Part shown: positions 1 through 13,375 of the stretch, piece by piece | Layout: every line of letters begins with the position of its first letter | How positions within the stretch are numbered: the first letter of the stretch is position 1 | Source of the DNA: Atractiella rhizophila | Taxonomy: Eukaryota | Assembly: GCA_021432655.1 (NCBI GenBank) | Contig: MU271336.1 | Location: 1 to 64,000, forward strand | Direction: 5' to 3' | Length of the DNA stretch: 64,000 bases | Notes under the pieces: model-generated | Databases searched by the model: none | The model's input: the letters and a program-made list of their open reading frames with translations, nothing else | Told to the model about the DNA's origin: nothing | Made by a program: the position numbers and the translations under genes

Positions 1-1706
1 TCCGTGATGCGAATGCTTGGAAGCAGAGCGATAACACCCTTGCAAGTTCGCGTGCGGACATGCTCGTAGAAGGTGAGGAGGTAGATGTCAATCCAATGCC
101 ATCTCCACTGCCGTATGGAAGTGGAGGGACGTAAATGGGATCTGTGGCCCAAGGATCGTGCATGGTGGAGAGAGGTAAGGGAGGCGGAGGAGCCGAGAGG
201 GAGTTAAGCTTCCTGTTCGCCATTACCGCCAAACACCACCAAATATCAACACCTGCATAGATCTGGGCTGAAGTGGCTGAAAGAAGAGGAGATTGGAAGG
301 GGAGTCCCACTTAAGTAATAATTCCATAACCTCTTGCAATGGATCCAGTCTCGGCCGCGGTCTTCTCCAATCTCCTTCGACACTCTCGTCTTCATCTCCT
401 TCTAAGTCAACATCGACGACTTTGGCTTTACGCGTGGGCTCTTCTCCGTCAATATCGACCAAAGGTTCCTCTGGCGGATCTCCCGCGTCGACAAGCGTCG
501 TTTCTCCGGCTGTTTCTGGGACTGCATTGACCGCTTGTTCATCCACTTCAGGTCCCTCATCTGCACGTTCATCATTGATCGTTGCCTCGTCTCCACCCAA
601 AGGCAATATTAATGGCACAATTGGATCCTGTGCACGGTATGCAGTCAGTTTCGCTAGCAGGCGTCGTAACCCCACAAGGGACACAGTCAGCATTACAACG
701 ACAAAGCAAGGGAAGCGAGGTAGCCACATTTTGGATTGCTGGGGCCTCGTGAGACGAGAGGAACGAGTTGGTTTTTGTTTCTACATTCTAGCCCGTAAGT
801 TGGATAGACTGTGGGCACACAACAACACTCTTTCGGTGCGAGCAGTTAGATGAAGGTCAGCGATCACCTTCTGTCATCTCTAAAGTGTCAGAACTGTGTT
901 TCGTTGAAGATTATCTCGAATCTGGACAGATGCCTTCTGCACCAAAATAACAGTCTTTGACAGCTACTTCTCGTGCGTACATACATACGAGCCCTCCCCT
1001 GCCCTCGCGCCGCATCTCGAATTCACGTCCCCACAAGCACGAATGCGTACCTCTCCATCTGTGTCCCAACCCACTGCACTCATCCCTCCTGACCTCCGAT
1101 CTTTGTTCATCTGACAGTCAGGGCCTAAGGCGTCCAGAACATCCCTGAGTGCCTCTTTAAACCTTTCCAGCTTCAGCCGCAGACCCTCAGCAGCGGACTG
1201 CTTCGCCTCTCGATCAGCTGTTCCAACCGGCAATGCCTCCAAGCTCTTCCTCCGCGCACTGTCCATGAGCACACGGTGAATTGGCAGCTGAAACAGACGA
1301 GAAGGACGAGTGGTCGTCAACAAGGAAATCTAAGTTGGTCCTGTTTGCTTGTTCCTTACAATGCCGCAGCAAACGAACGACAATGAGCGAGGAAGTATAA
1401 AAGACGAATCGAATACTGTGGATGCGAGGAGTGTGCTGCGTGAGACGCTCAGAGACAATTCGAGCGAGATGTGGGTGGTGGTGCGTGCTCAGGTCAGGAG
1501 GGTGGAAGGTGTCCAGGGAACTACTTGGAGTGAGCAGGGCCGCGAGCTATGATAGGATAGCTTGGACGGGCTTGTGAAAGGTGAGCGGGGTTTGTTTGAG
1601 CGAGCAATTGGGCGAAGGATGATATCGATGGCAGTGGACAGATTGGACGGACTTCATATCGATGTCTGATGTCTGATCTGAAAACAGGTTCAAGTTGTTC
1701 TGACAT
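1..1706 (-). CDS. Multi-exon hypothetical protein running off the left edge
   Basis: Successive minus-strand ORFs (1521-1706, 964-1323, 223-729) with protein-like composition and an acidic/Pro-rich region; no family recognised; joining them is inference. Confidence 0.45.
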
Positions 1707-3207
1707 GCGTCGTTTTCGCCGTTGCCATCAATCAGTCTGCGTCGGTGGACGATGTCTTTTCTTTCAAAGACAGCTGCAAAACAGCAGAAACTCTCACAAA
1801 ACGCTGAGGGTCACTACTTTACTTCAGATGGATGATAAGCATACCTTCTTTTTGAGTTGTCGTGCATCGACGGTTCAAAAGCGTTTATGAGCGAGACGAT
1901 CAATCACTTATGGGTTATTTATGTATATCCATATGTATAAAAAAATGCGCGAAGAAGGCAGGACTTGCCAACTTGAATATGAAGCCGGAGATGAGCACCA
2001 TACTCGACGCAATGTGCACAACGGTTTGCTTCTATGGTGGTATAATGTCGGACATGTAAATTCGATGGCTCAGAATGCTCCTAGACGCGAAAACGATGGG
2101 TTGCTCACTGGCTTGGAAGTTGTCGTACTCCGAGCCCTGAAGATGGAGGTCGTTTCACATTTAATCTACGTCGAACCTCTAGTTTCTTACACGCTGGCCC
2201 ATGATTTCCCTACAGGGTGCATCTGCATTCCACCTACTTGCAGATGAGACAGAAATTCCAGAGTGGGAGATGTGTTCGGTGGTTTTCGTCTGTTCGAGCC
2301 ATCAAACTTTCCTCTTGGATCAGAATGTGACGGAAATGCGAGGAACGTCCGAGGTGACAAGAACTCGAAAGAGAGTTTTAGTAACTAGTTTTTAGTGAGA
2401 GTGATGAGAGTCGATAAAGAGCTCTTGGGAAAGTGTTGGATTTTCGCAGAGGTGGTTATAGGCGTTCATGGACTAGGCAAGAGGAACCGTCCCAGAAAGG
2501 ATTAGCGAGAATGGAAAAGGTACTCCACACGCGGACTATGTTGGTGTTTTTCTTTACACCAAGTTCCAATGAAACTCCCGACAGTTTGTAGGAATCGAGC
2601 AACTCTAAACGATTGTACCAATTACTCTAAGAATAAGACAAGTGAACTGGCGGCCAAGCATTTAAATCTTGATACAGTCATAGTTCATTAACGTTCGTTA
2701 TTGAGGACCTAGACCGTTCTCAGTTTTCAGAGCCCGTCAAAGTCTTTATTGAATTTTCTCAAGATTGATTGGAGGAATATCCACTGGTGCCAACGTATTT
2801 CACCAACGTTTCTAGAACGTCAGAACCTCGACGCGAACACGCTTTATGGAAGACTTGGGAAACGCCAACCACAACAGGATCCAGAAGGAGAAAGGAGAGG
2901 AGAGGGACAGCTGCGGCGGGGAGGGAATGACGAGGGGGATATAACGGCCCAATCTAGCTAATGCAGCCTTACTCACAACGAGTAGCTATAGACTGCTACT
3001 ACTAAGGCCACCTCCGGCAGATTATCGGCTCTTTAGCAACCTCTCCAGCTTGAAAGCAAATTGCCTAACCTCTGCCGAGCATCAATGAAAGTCCGTGATC
3101 GATGAGAATAAAAGGAGGAGACGCGGGGTACGACGCTTGCCTTCCCCACAGGTCTACGGCTTCTTAGGTTCGTTCTGCTCGTTCACGACTCTAAACATTG
3201 CGTACCG

Positions 3208-5276
3208 ATGGCATACGCTAACCCCGTCAGTGAGTCTTCGCCCTTAGATCGCAGGCACCTGCGCTGAGGTTGACGATTTTCGATCGTTAGTTCCTGGATT
3301 CAATCCCGATCCCTCTTGTATCCTTCATAATGGTACCTTCTACCTGGTCACCTCTTCGTTCCTCTGGTTCCCTGGCATCCCCATCTACGCGTCGAAAGAT
3401 CCACGAGGTCCATGGAAACACGTCGGTATGTTCCATCCTCCTACTCTTCGCTTGTGCTCATTACTTGATCGGCAGGGAATGTGATTTCGAGGCCGGAGCA
3501 AATCGACCTGCTTAAATGCACCATCTCCCCTCCAGGACATTGTGGCGGTATTTGGGTGCGTCCCTAGAGCGGTTTCCTCATCCCTCTAATATCGTAATCT
3601 TAGGCGCCAACCATTCGGTTCCATGATGGATTGTTCTACGTTTCTGTCTGCAATGTACACGTCCAATACGAATGTCCTGATCAGAGGAAGTATGAAAACG
3701 TAGCTGCCCCTCTCTCAATTCTTATTCTTTTGAAACTAAATCTTGGCAGGTTATCTTCACTGCCTCTGACCCGACAGGTCCATGGTCAGATCCGGTACAC
3801 TTTACGCTGAATGGATTTGACACGTCTCTCTTCTTCGACACATCTCCAAACGGCGATGGAAGCGCATACGTACAGGGCACATCGTATGGCTCGATAGGAT
3901 GGGATGACGCTGTTCGTCTCTCTGATCAATCATTCAGTAGTCATCGTTAACCATCGGGAGCGCAGTTTGTCCCTGAGATTTTGCAGTTTAAAGTCGACTT
4001 GAAGACTGGAGAAAGCCTTTCTGGACCTCCGAAGTGCATCTGGAAAGGAACAGGAGTATGGGTTCCCGAAGCACCTCACATCTTCTACCGCGATGGTTAT
4101 TTCTACCTCCTCGTTGCTGAAGGTGAGTCAGTTTATTCAGGTAGCATAGTAGCTTACACCTTTGGAAAGGTGGGACGGAGTTGAATCACCAGGCGGCGAT
4201 GGCGAGATCAAAAGATTTGTGGGGACCATACGAAGGCACCCCGAACAATCCGCTTCTCGCTTCTCCCCCTTCTCACGAAGTTACGGTCGATCCCAAACAT
4301 CCAAATTATATCACATGCACTGGACACGCTGACCTGTTCCCTGCCGAAGAAGGCGATACTGAAAAGTGGTGGGCTTGTGCCCTCGCCGTTCGGTCAGGAA
4401 TCTACTCGTTTCCCATGGGGAGGGAGACACATGTCCTGCCCGTTACTTGGAAGAAAGGAGAGTTCCCTGTCTGGCATGGACCGATCAAGGTGGTTATGGA
4501 GGCTGAGTATGAGCTGATCAAGGAAGAATATGACGGAGGGATAAGGAAGCTCAAAAATGGAGAAAAGAAGCTTTACAATTTCGGGACAGGACTCCTCGGC
4601 GAGGTGCCAATCGATCTCCTGTTTCTTCGCAATCCGATACTGGATAACTTCAAGTTTGAAGGAAGGAAAGCGACTTTATTCGGCACCGAAAACTCACTCG
4701 ATGCTCGTGATGGACCGATCACCATTCTAGGAAGGAGACAGACAGACGTCGAATTTGCCGTCACAGTTTCCCTCTCTTTTGTACCCAACTTTGGGTCTGG
4801 TGAAGAAGCAGGATTGGCTGTGTACCTCGACTGCGACAAGTTTATCCCCTTCCGTATCCAATCTGCCTCCTCCAAGCTCTCTCACGCATCCACTTCTGCT
4901 GTGAAGAAAGGCACCAAGAGAGTTCTTCGAATTGCTTCTGGAGGAGAGCTATGCAATGACGCAAGCAATAAATATCCTTGTTTTTACAAGGAGCTCAGTG
5001 ATGACGGAAAAGTCGATCTCAGGGTGATTGGAAGGAGGATGTATTATGAGTTTTGGTTTAAGGAGGAAAGTGGAGAATGGAAAGAAGCTGGAAGGGCGGC
5101 TGCTAGCAGAGTTAGTGGAGGATTCACAGGTACGTGCTTTTCCTCTTCTCATGTAAACTTGCGCTCACCTTTCCGTAGGCACAATTATCGGAATGTTTGC
5201 AACTGGAAATGGACAGAAGAGTCAAACCCCTGCCATTTTCGAAAACTATGAATATGAATGTATAAATACACACTGA
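3208..5276 (+). CDS. Glycoside hydrolase family 43 (beta-xylosidase/arabinofuranosidase) with C-terminal ConA-like domain; no signal peptide
   Basis: Exons read MAYANPV..PGFNPDPSC..FYLVTSSFLWFPGIPIY, WAPTIRFHDGLFYV, PEAPHIFYRDGYFYLLVAEGGT, TGHADL, MGRET, GRRQT, GGFTGTIIGMFATG; GT-AG introns ~50 nt; TGA at 5274-5276. Confidence 0.93.
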
Positions 5277-6299
5277 GGCTCAAGGCAAATGATTTCTGAT
5301 ATTGTAATGTCGATTGTAACCAATCTGCAATCCTTTTGGTCCTTAGGCAAATCCTTCGATCCCTGCACATCTTAGCGACTTCAAAACTGTCCGTTTCCTA
5401 CCCTTCACTTCAGTAAGCAATGGTAAAGCTGACGAGCTGAAACATGGAATCAAAATCAAGATATGGTTTGCTGCGAAATTTATATCGCCACAATAGAAAC
5501 ATCTATTCCTCTTCTATTACAAATTTTGCAATCTGATTTACTCTCCTACCTTCATTTTCCCGCCGTGATAAGAAGATCTCCACTGGCAGTTCGCATATAT
5601 TGCATGCTAACGATTTCCAGTGCGAGATACTTTAAGGCTTCTGACATTGTGCCAATTTTCAAGTTCTCGTCCCGCTTCCCTGGTTGGAGAGTCTCCTCAA
5701 ACGGCAAGAACCTGAAAATGAGGACAGTTTTGCCGCATGAGCACGAAGTCTTCCATGATTATGACTGCTTGTTCAAGCGTCTCGTGAAGGGAAAGAAGAA
5801 GCACAGACTGGGCACGATTATTTTGTATGCAACAGTAGAACGAACTCACCTTTCTCCTCAGAAATCTCCAGAGGCTGAACCCAAAACTGCAGAAACCATA
5901 AAGAAATTCCTTCCAAAACGAGTTTGCTTAAGTTCGCTAGTGAATTGCAGAGCCTTGCACAATTTAGAAGAATCTCAGGTCTCCGTCTGCTGACTGCCTC
6001 GGTTGCATGAAATGATTTCATGTTCATCTTATTCCCTAATCTATTTTATGACATCCAGCCACCTCTCTCAATATCTCCCATGTAGTAATAACGTCAAGTT
6101 CTGGATAAGCCTTTTCATCATCCCAGCCAAGAGCATATCCAAGCATGCAACTCATACAAGGAGAGTCATGGTTGAAATAAATATTCCACGCAAAATCCGA
6201 CAAAAGAGTGCTTTCGTCCATCTGCAACTCACTCGCATTTCCAAAGTCCAAAATTGACAACGTCGGGCGAAGTGGTCGGACAGATGATCTGATCAGGTC

Positions 6300-7911
6300 G
6301 TTGAACCAAATCACCGTGAACAATTCCTAGCAGAAAGATCGCCGCAATCACCATCATCCCTTTTGTGAACTAATAAAACATGTTAATTGAATCAAACACA
6401 CAGAAAGAAGCTCACAAAATCTCGTTGTTCTGCCTCGGGCAGATGTCGAACCCGAACATCGTGCAGGCATGGGCCGTCGACAAACTCCATCAAATGGGCC
6501 TTTGCCATAGCGCCGTCGCTCAGCAGCACCTATGTCCACCGAACAGTCCATTCAGCCAGAAAGAGGAAAGGGGAAGAATCAAACGTTGTAGAAGCCGTAA
6601 GATATTGGAATAGTTGACCCTTGAAGCAACCGCAAAGTAGAGTACGCCTTTTCCTCCTTCTCCATTGAAGCATCCGTATCTGGCCAACGACGAAGGTGCA
6701 GATCTTCAGGTTTTGGTCCAACCTTTTGCCATGCGGGATACGGAAACAAACGCTCGTCGTAAATATTGAGGACGAGTGGCGACGTTTCTGAACGTCGTAG
6801 AGGTTAAAGTCCGAAAACCTGGCGTGCGAAGATAAGTCTATATTCCAGTTCGCCTTCTGGTCTCTGGTGCAACCGAGTGCTTGTGCATCCGGGAAGCGTG
6901 CTGGCCCAGTTTAGTACGAGGCTCTTGAAGTGTCCCATTTTCGCGAAAATACTTCACTCAATAGAACCACAACTTGGAAATACGGGCGAGGCTTAAAAGC
7001 GCAGTCAAAGTAACGAGATCCACGGAATACGACTGATGACTTGAGATCTGAAAAGGCATGAAATTGTTCTCCTTTCTGGTTCATCGATAACGATTTCATA
7101 AATGAGGCGTAACTGAGTGCAATCCCGCCATGATCGTTCAGTGACTCTTCTTCCCAGTCTTCCGCCCTCAGCGAACCAGACGGCTGCAATGTGTTTTGCT
7201 CAGTGTTAGCTTTCCAAGCTTGGTTGTTAAACGAGCCACACTCACTAGGAGTACCACGATCACCAAAACTTCTTCCTCGGACTTGATGCGCACAACATCC
7301 AGCGGTGTGCCTCCAGTTATTTGTTAGTTGGGACGACTAGAACTACGTATAAACGCACAAAAATCTCTGTCTATTTGTATCGTAGCTGGAGCTGGTGCTC
7401 TCGCGGGATACATGTATCGCATAAACACCTTCAAATCGTCCACAAATTTCTCCGTTCGCTCCGACCTATTAACTCGCATCAGCCTCTTTCTCATTGCAAT
7501 GAAACATTGCATACCGTTCGGCTACATTCCAAATCACGATTGTTTCCCAAAAGGGGCTTTGACGGTGGAGGGTAGCAATTCTAAGTCATTTCTAAAGTGG
7601 TTGATGTACGTGACGTCGATGTTCTTGTCGGTTTCTCGTTGTGGCAAGTCATGAAGCAATGGTAGTATTTCGGTAATCTTTGCCTTTGGATCAATATTCA
7701 CCGCGTTCCATTGGAATGGTGTGTGCACTTGAGTGGGGTCCGTCGAAGGAAGGGGGAGAAGGAACGCCTTCAATCTAAAATCGGGAAAATTATCAGACGC
7801 CATGAAGAATTTAGCAACTGACCTCAGAGGGTTAGTATGCGGCCTATAGGGAAGACAGAAGACAAAAGGACGGTATTGTGGAAAGCAGTTCACCACTCCT
7901 CTACAATTCAC
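6300..7911 (-). CDS. Possible multi-exon hypothetical protein or relic
   Basis: Chain of minus-strand ORFs (7534-7911, 7324-7512, 6911-7189); no recognisable motif; limits approximate. Confidence 0.25.
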
Positions 7912-9827
7912 TGATGTTTACTTGTTTCATGCAGGGACGAGCCGAGCACGCTGTCATGGAAGGAGCAGGACCCCGAGTAAAGGGTAGCGATGAACACTGG
8001 CAATTCATTTTGCATGAGAATTTGCAAGTGCTAAGGTGAAGACTACAAATGTTGTCGGGCAAAACTTGAGCTCGCAGGATCTTGTAGTTTGTAAACGAAA
8101 ATTGCCGATCTAGACCTCACGCAAACAAAAGTGCCCTCCATTCACTCTCAGAAACTTGAAGGGAGCGTAAATTAAAGCTGTAAAGGAAAGTTGTGCCAGC
8201 GTTTTGTTGTGACTACTTCAACAGTTGTGCACGACAAAACTATGCACGACAAATTACACGACAACGATAACAAAGGTGGAGAATTCCTCAGGGGTCTAAA
8301 TCGAAGTGCAAGTATCCTAATGATTCAAAGATCACCTTCGAGACAGACTCCATACCACACACAGGTGGGAGCACAGCATTTGATTTTTTGACTTCTAAAG
8401 GCGAGAATAAGGGAAACTCGCAAATGTATGTGATTATTGATGAATGAAGGTAAGATTTTAGGAAATAGGTAGTAGTTAGGTGGATAGATAGCGAATGTGG
8501 TGTCGACGGGTGTTTTTGCTTCCGACTTTGTAGCCTGCACCAACTATCATCAACTCTGGATCTCTTGACAATATCAATATCTAGTATTTACTTCCAACTT
8601 GAAGAACTAGCTTGTTGCGACCCAAGCAAGTCGCACTTCCGATGGAAAGCAAATATCTCTCCATCGCTGAACGCGCGAAGAGGAGGAGAAAGACGGACGA
8701 CAGCCCTGTCCATCCTGCTGAATCTGAGCAAGGAAGGGGAGAGGGTGTGGTTGGAGCAGACTTGGGATTGGAGAGAGATGGAATGAATAATGAGATTTCT
8801 GGGAATAAAGCGAGGAAGGGAGCACGGAAGAGTGTGGAAGTACCAGTGGGTCTGGATGTGAGGGAAAACAAGAGAAGGAGGACTGGTGCGTCCTTTCTTT
8901 GTGATTGCATCGCGTTGTGGCCGCTGGAGTTCCAAAACTTGTACTTTAATGCTTGAGGGAGATGTATCAATTCTCGGCTGTTGAAATACTCTGTTAACGC
9001 ATCATTTAATTGTATACTTGCATTTACAAATTGCCAGAACGACGCGTTGATAATGAGAAATGATTGACGATGTCCGTTGCTGTTACCTGAGGACAACTAC
9101 CCACATTCAGACCTGTTCTATTTGACGTGAGCGACAACATCCTGTCGTGACGATTTGAGCCGCAACAAGAAATATCTTTGGGCTTATTTTAAGTCGTTTT
9201 ACATCTTGTGACTGGCTACAGTTCTGAAAGTCATCACTGAGTAGTGGGTATCCTGTTGCTTTTGCTTTCTGCTCAGGCAGAACTTCTTGCTGCCAACTTT
9301 GTTATGCTCTTCGTGTTTTGGATGAAACTCGATGGAACGACTGCCTTCATCGATTTGGAAGTTGAGCTTTTGGTAGCGCAAAAAAGGATGGTGCCGTCCT
9401 CCCTGAGGACGAAGGCAATTCTGATAAGCTCAATTTCCGCTCTAGGTGTGATTCTACCTCGTCATCTCGCCAGAAAGTGTTATGCTGTGCCCTGTTGTGC
9501 AAGTAGATGTGTCACTATCCTATCTAGCATCCATAGAAATTACATTGTATGCTACATGGCAGGCAGGCTTTAGATGGACGGCTCCACGATTGCGTCCTCG
9601 AACAGCTATATTTCCTACGTACAACCATTTAACAAATATTCTCATCACAGGGCCTTCAACTGCTCGCGTCTACGTCTCCGAGTTCTCTGCCCACTCAATC
9701 GATAAGAGCAGTCAGAACAACGCGCCGTGTTGGCCAGCTTTATCCGAGTCCGCCAATACAACCTCCCTGACGTTCCTCCCCAATCTTCTCCCTCCTCCAC
9801 CGACACATTTACACAGATGGTCGACCT

Positions 9828-12619
9828 ATGGTCGTCGACGAGGAGGAGGCGGACGAAAATCAATTTTCAAGAGAGTTGAGAATGAAGCAGCTCAAAGAAG
9901 AAGAAATCGGGCTCGTCCCTTTTCCAATCGGCTCTTCCGCTTCCGGATCGGACCGGTCAATTGATAGACAGAGGGCCATCAAGCAAGAGGACGGCCTAGT
10001 TTTTTGTTCTGCTCCGTATAAAAATGCGAAGACAATTACCACCGAAGATGCGCGCTGGTTGGACCTTCATGATCCTACCGAAGCCGTGGAATCCTCGAGA
10101 CCCTCCCCAGTCTCTGTTCCGCCTCGCGCTTTGGATGGAGAACGACAAAGCGTTCCTCCTAAATCTAAATCTAAATCTAAATCCCACACCCCAGTTCCCG
10201 ACGCTGTTGCTCCTTCTCCTCCTGCCGTAGCTCCATCGGCCAGATATCGTTATCAGGAAGGGAAATGCCTACGAAGGATATACAGTCGGTTTGACAACTG
10301 CTCAAGCTGTGTCAGTCGCGTCAGTGGGCACAAGTGTTGGTTCGAAGGCATACGAGTCTTCGAATACAATGAAAAGGGAGCCATCGTCGGAGGACCGATG
10401 TTCATGACGCTCCAAAAGAGAAGGGAAGAGGTGCAGAATGAACCTGAGATCTTTCGAAGCATGGATGCTTTCAGTAGGAAATTAAATGGGAGCGAGGTGT
10501 GGGCTGTTGGACGTATATGCGCAGATGTCGTCTGGCAGGGACTGGAGAAGGAGATTGAACATTGGGAAGCTGGTGAGAAGGAGGGAGAAGCAGAGACTGT
10601 GTGGAAAGTCCAAGAAGTTGGGGAGAGGGCAATGTGTGATGCTTGCTGGACGGGGATTTGGGCGGGATTCTGGAACTGCGAGCGGTGTGGTCGGGGGTTC
10701 TGCTTCGATTGTTACTCTGCTCTCAAGGGTGGGAAAGAAGGTAATATTCTGGAGAAGTGTGTAGGGGGGAGAGGAAAAACAGCACGGAAACGTACATCGG
10801 CTTCGTTCCGAAGGTTCAATTACTTCTCGAAGGAAGAACTAATTTCTCTCAAGACTGCTACAGAGATGATGAAACTTCTCCCACCCGCTGTGAACACGAC
10901 GACAGAACTGAGGATGTTACCACGCTCTGTTCCCAAACGGTCACATGCCCTTCCATACATCGAACTCTCCCATGTCCCTTCGACAAACGTCTTTCGGGAA
11001 ATTTGGAGTTTGGGGGAGGCAGTGGTAATGAAAAGGATCAAATACGATGAAATGCTTTGGAAGCCACTGGAACTCGTCAAGAGATACGGCACGGAGGAAT
11101 GCACTATCCACGATTGCCAAACTGGTGTTGGGACTCAGGGGCAAGTTGGTGACTTTTTGAAGTTGTTTGGGACGCCGCATGCAAATCAGGTACTGAAGCT
11201 AAAGGTACAGTGACCTTCATAGGAAGGAGAAAGAAACGGTGCTGACTGGGTAATGCCACAGGACTGGCCGCCGACTCAAGACTTTGAGACCAGCTTTCCA
11301 GACCTCTATGAGGATTTCAAAACCTTCGTACCAGTTCCCGACGTGACAAGAAAGGACGGTCCACTGAATGTTTCAGCATATTGTCCAGAAAATGGTAATT
11401 TTCCAGACCTGTATGTGCCCTCCCCTTGAAATGCTGAAGCTGAAATTATGTAAAACAGGGGCCCAAAAATGTACCTTGCCTTTAAGAGCAAAAAGGGGAA
11501 GGGTGGAAAAGGGAGCACCCAGCTCCACATGGATATTGCTGATGGTTTGTCTTCCTTTACTCGTGAAGATGTCGTACTTAAAGGAGTGCTCATGCAGCCG
11601 TTAACGTCATGACATTTGCTATCAACGAAGACGGGACCACTGGAACTGCCGCATGGGACATCTTCCCAGCTTCATCGTCGGATAAAATTCGAGAATTCCT
11701 TTACCACTACCAAGCGGCAAACCCTGCTTTCGGCTGCATTGGGGAGACCGCCGAAGAGAGGATTGCTGATGCAAAAGCTCGATTCGACGACCCCATACAC
11801 ACTCAACATTTTTATATTGACGAGGAGATGTTGAAGACCTTGAGCCAGGATCCGTGGAATGTGAAGGCGTGGAGGATTGAGCAAAAGCCTGGAGAGGCAG
11901 TCTTTATTCCAGCCGGATGTGCACATCAAGCGCGTCCTATTCTCTCCCCTACCGTCCATAGCTAATAGCGCGACGTGGTTGTCTAATAGGTATGCAATAT
12001 GTCCGATTGCATCAAGGTTGCTATCGACTTCGTTTCCATCGAGAACGTCGAACGGTGTAAAAAGCTCACAGGTGAATTCAGGGAGCAGACGAGGGCCAGA
12101 TTGTGGAGGGAGGATGTTTTACGCCTTCGGTCCATGGTATGTGCATTCTGTCTTTCAAGCGAATTAGAGAAGAGTCGATGGTGGTTATTTCGTGTGATGC
12201 AGGCATATTGGGGCTGGCGGGCTAGAGAACATTATCTAGCTCAAGGACTCAAAGAACCAGAGCAAAAAATGCACTCACTTTCGGAGGCTGAACACGAGGA
12301 ACTGGACGCTATTCTAGCATATGGGCGATGCCAATACTACATCAAAGGATCAATAGCGTGCATCAGCCGCTTGGCTGCGAAACTTTCTGGCAAACCGCCT
12401 CCTCGTACTGTATCTCCGCAAGAGTTACAACAAACTATCGAGCGGTACAAAGAGAAGGGGAAAGCGATAGTGAAAACATTTTCCGCCATGGAGAACTTGT
12501 TGAGCGATACCCAGGACAGAGTGAGGTTTGAGCGGAAGTTGAAGGAAGAGATGGAGAAATTTGCGGCCGAGGAGAGGGATTGGTCACGCATTTGGCCGCC
12601 CTCAAATGCTGACTTGTAA
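9828..12619 (+). CDS. JmjC-domain histone demethylase, KDM3/JHDM2-like, with Cys-rich zinc finger (5' end uncertain)
   Basis: [99 protein letters not shown] (joined over a GC-AG intron at ~11930). Fe-binding HxD...H intact. Confidence 0.92.
10161..10183 (+). repeat. (AAATCT)n coding microsatellite encoding KSKSKSKS
   Basis: aaatctaaatctaaatctaaatc inside the JmjC ORF. Confidence 0.8.
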
Positions 12620-13375
12620 GCTGAATGAACCAGTTAGGCGCATGGCGTGCCTCGCATAGTGTTTGAAGCTGATTTATGTGCCTTGTTCGCTGTTCCCTGT
12701 ATTCGGAAGTTAGAAGTTGGAATTGTCTTTATCTCATCGAGAAATGTACCTCAAGCCTACTGTACTACGCATCAACAATGTCATGCCTTCGTATTTCTCA
12801 TTTGTCACGGAGCTCAACTGTACTAGTAAAACAAGAACAAGAGCATTCTTGTCCTTGAAATTTGAAATTGAGAAATGGTGCAAGGCGAATGTTGCAAATG
12901 TTCAGCGAATGTTGTCGCTGGATCGAGAATTAGAATAAGCAGGAAGGAGGACAAGTCAGAATTTGTTGCAATTTAGGCACTTGGTCACAAGCCTGAGGAA
13001 TCTCATCAACGAAGAGGTGCGCCGCTCCTATTTCGATGGGCCAGGGCCACTGTTTTGAGCACGTTATTCCTGTTGAAGCCTGTAAATTGTTCATTTGTGT
13101 TGAGTAACTCTCTACGGCGTTGAGATATTTCAACGTATTCAAAGGATACGGCGATTCCGAAAAGACGTAGTCAGATCTGCCGCGACTCCTTCATGACCTG
13201 ACAAGAGCTAGTTCCACGGGAAGCCCGAGCATGAATTGTTATAATTTTGAACTCATATTATACGTGTCCTGGATTCCAGCGACGATGCTCGGGCTCTCAT
13301 GTATTGAAGGCGGTTTCTCGATCATGTTTGGATGCTTCCGGTGTGATTCGTGTGCTAAATCTCCATACAGGATTC

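Noticed and set aside
293..853. Ser-rich plus-strand ORF (also 50589-51272 minus)
   Set aside because: Antisense shadows of coding regions on the other strand.
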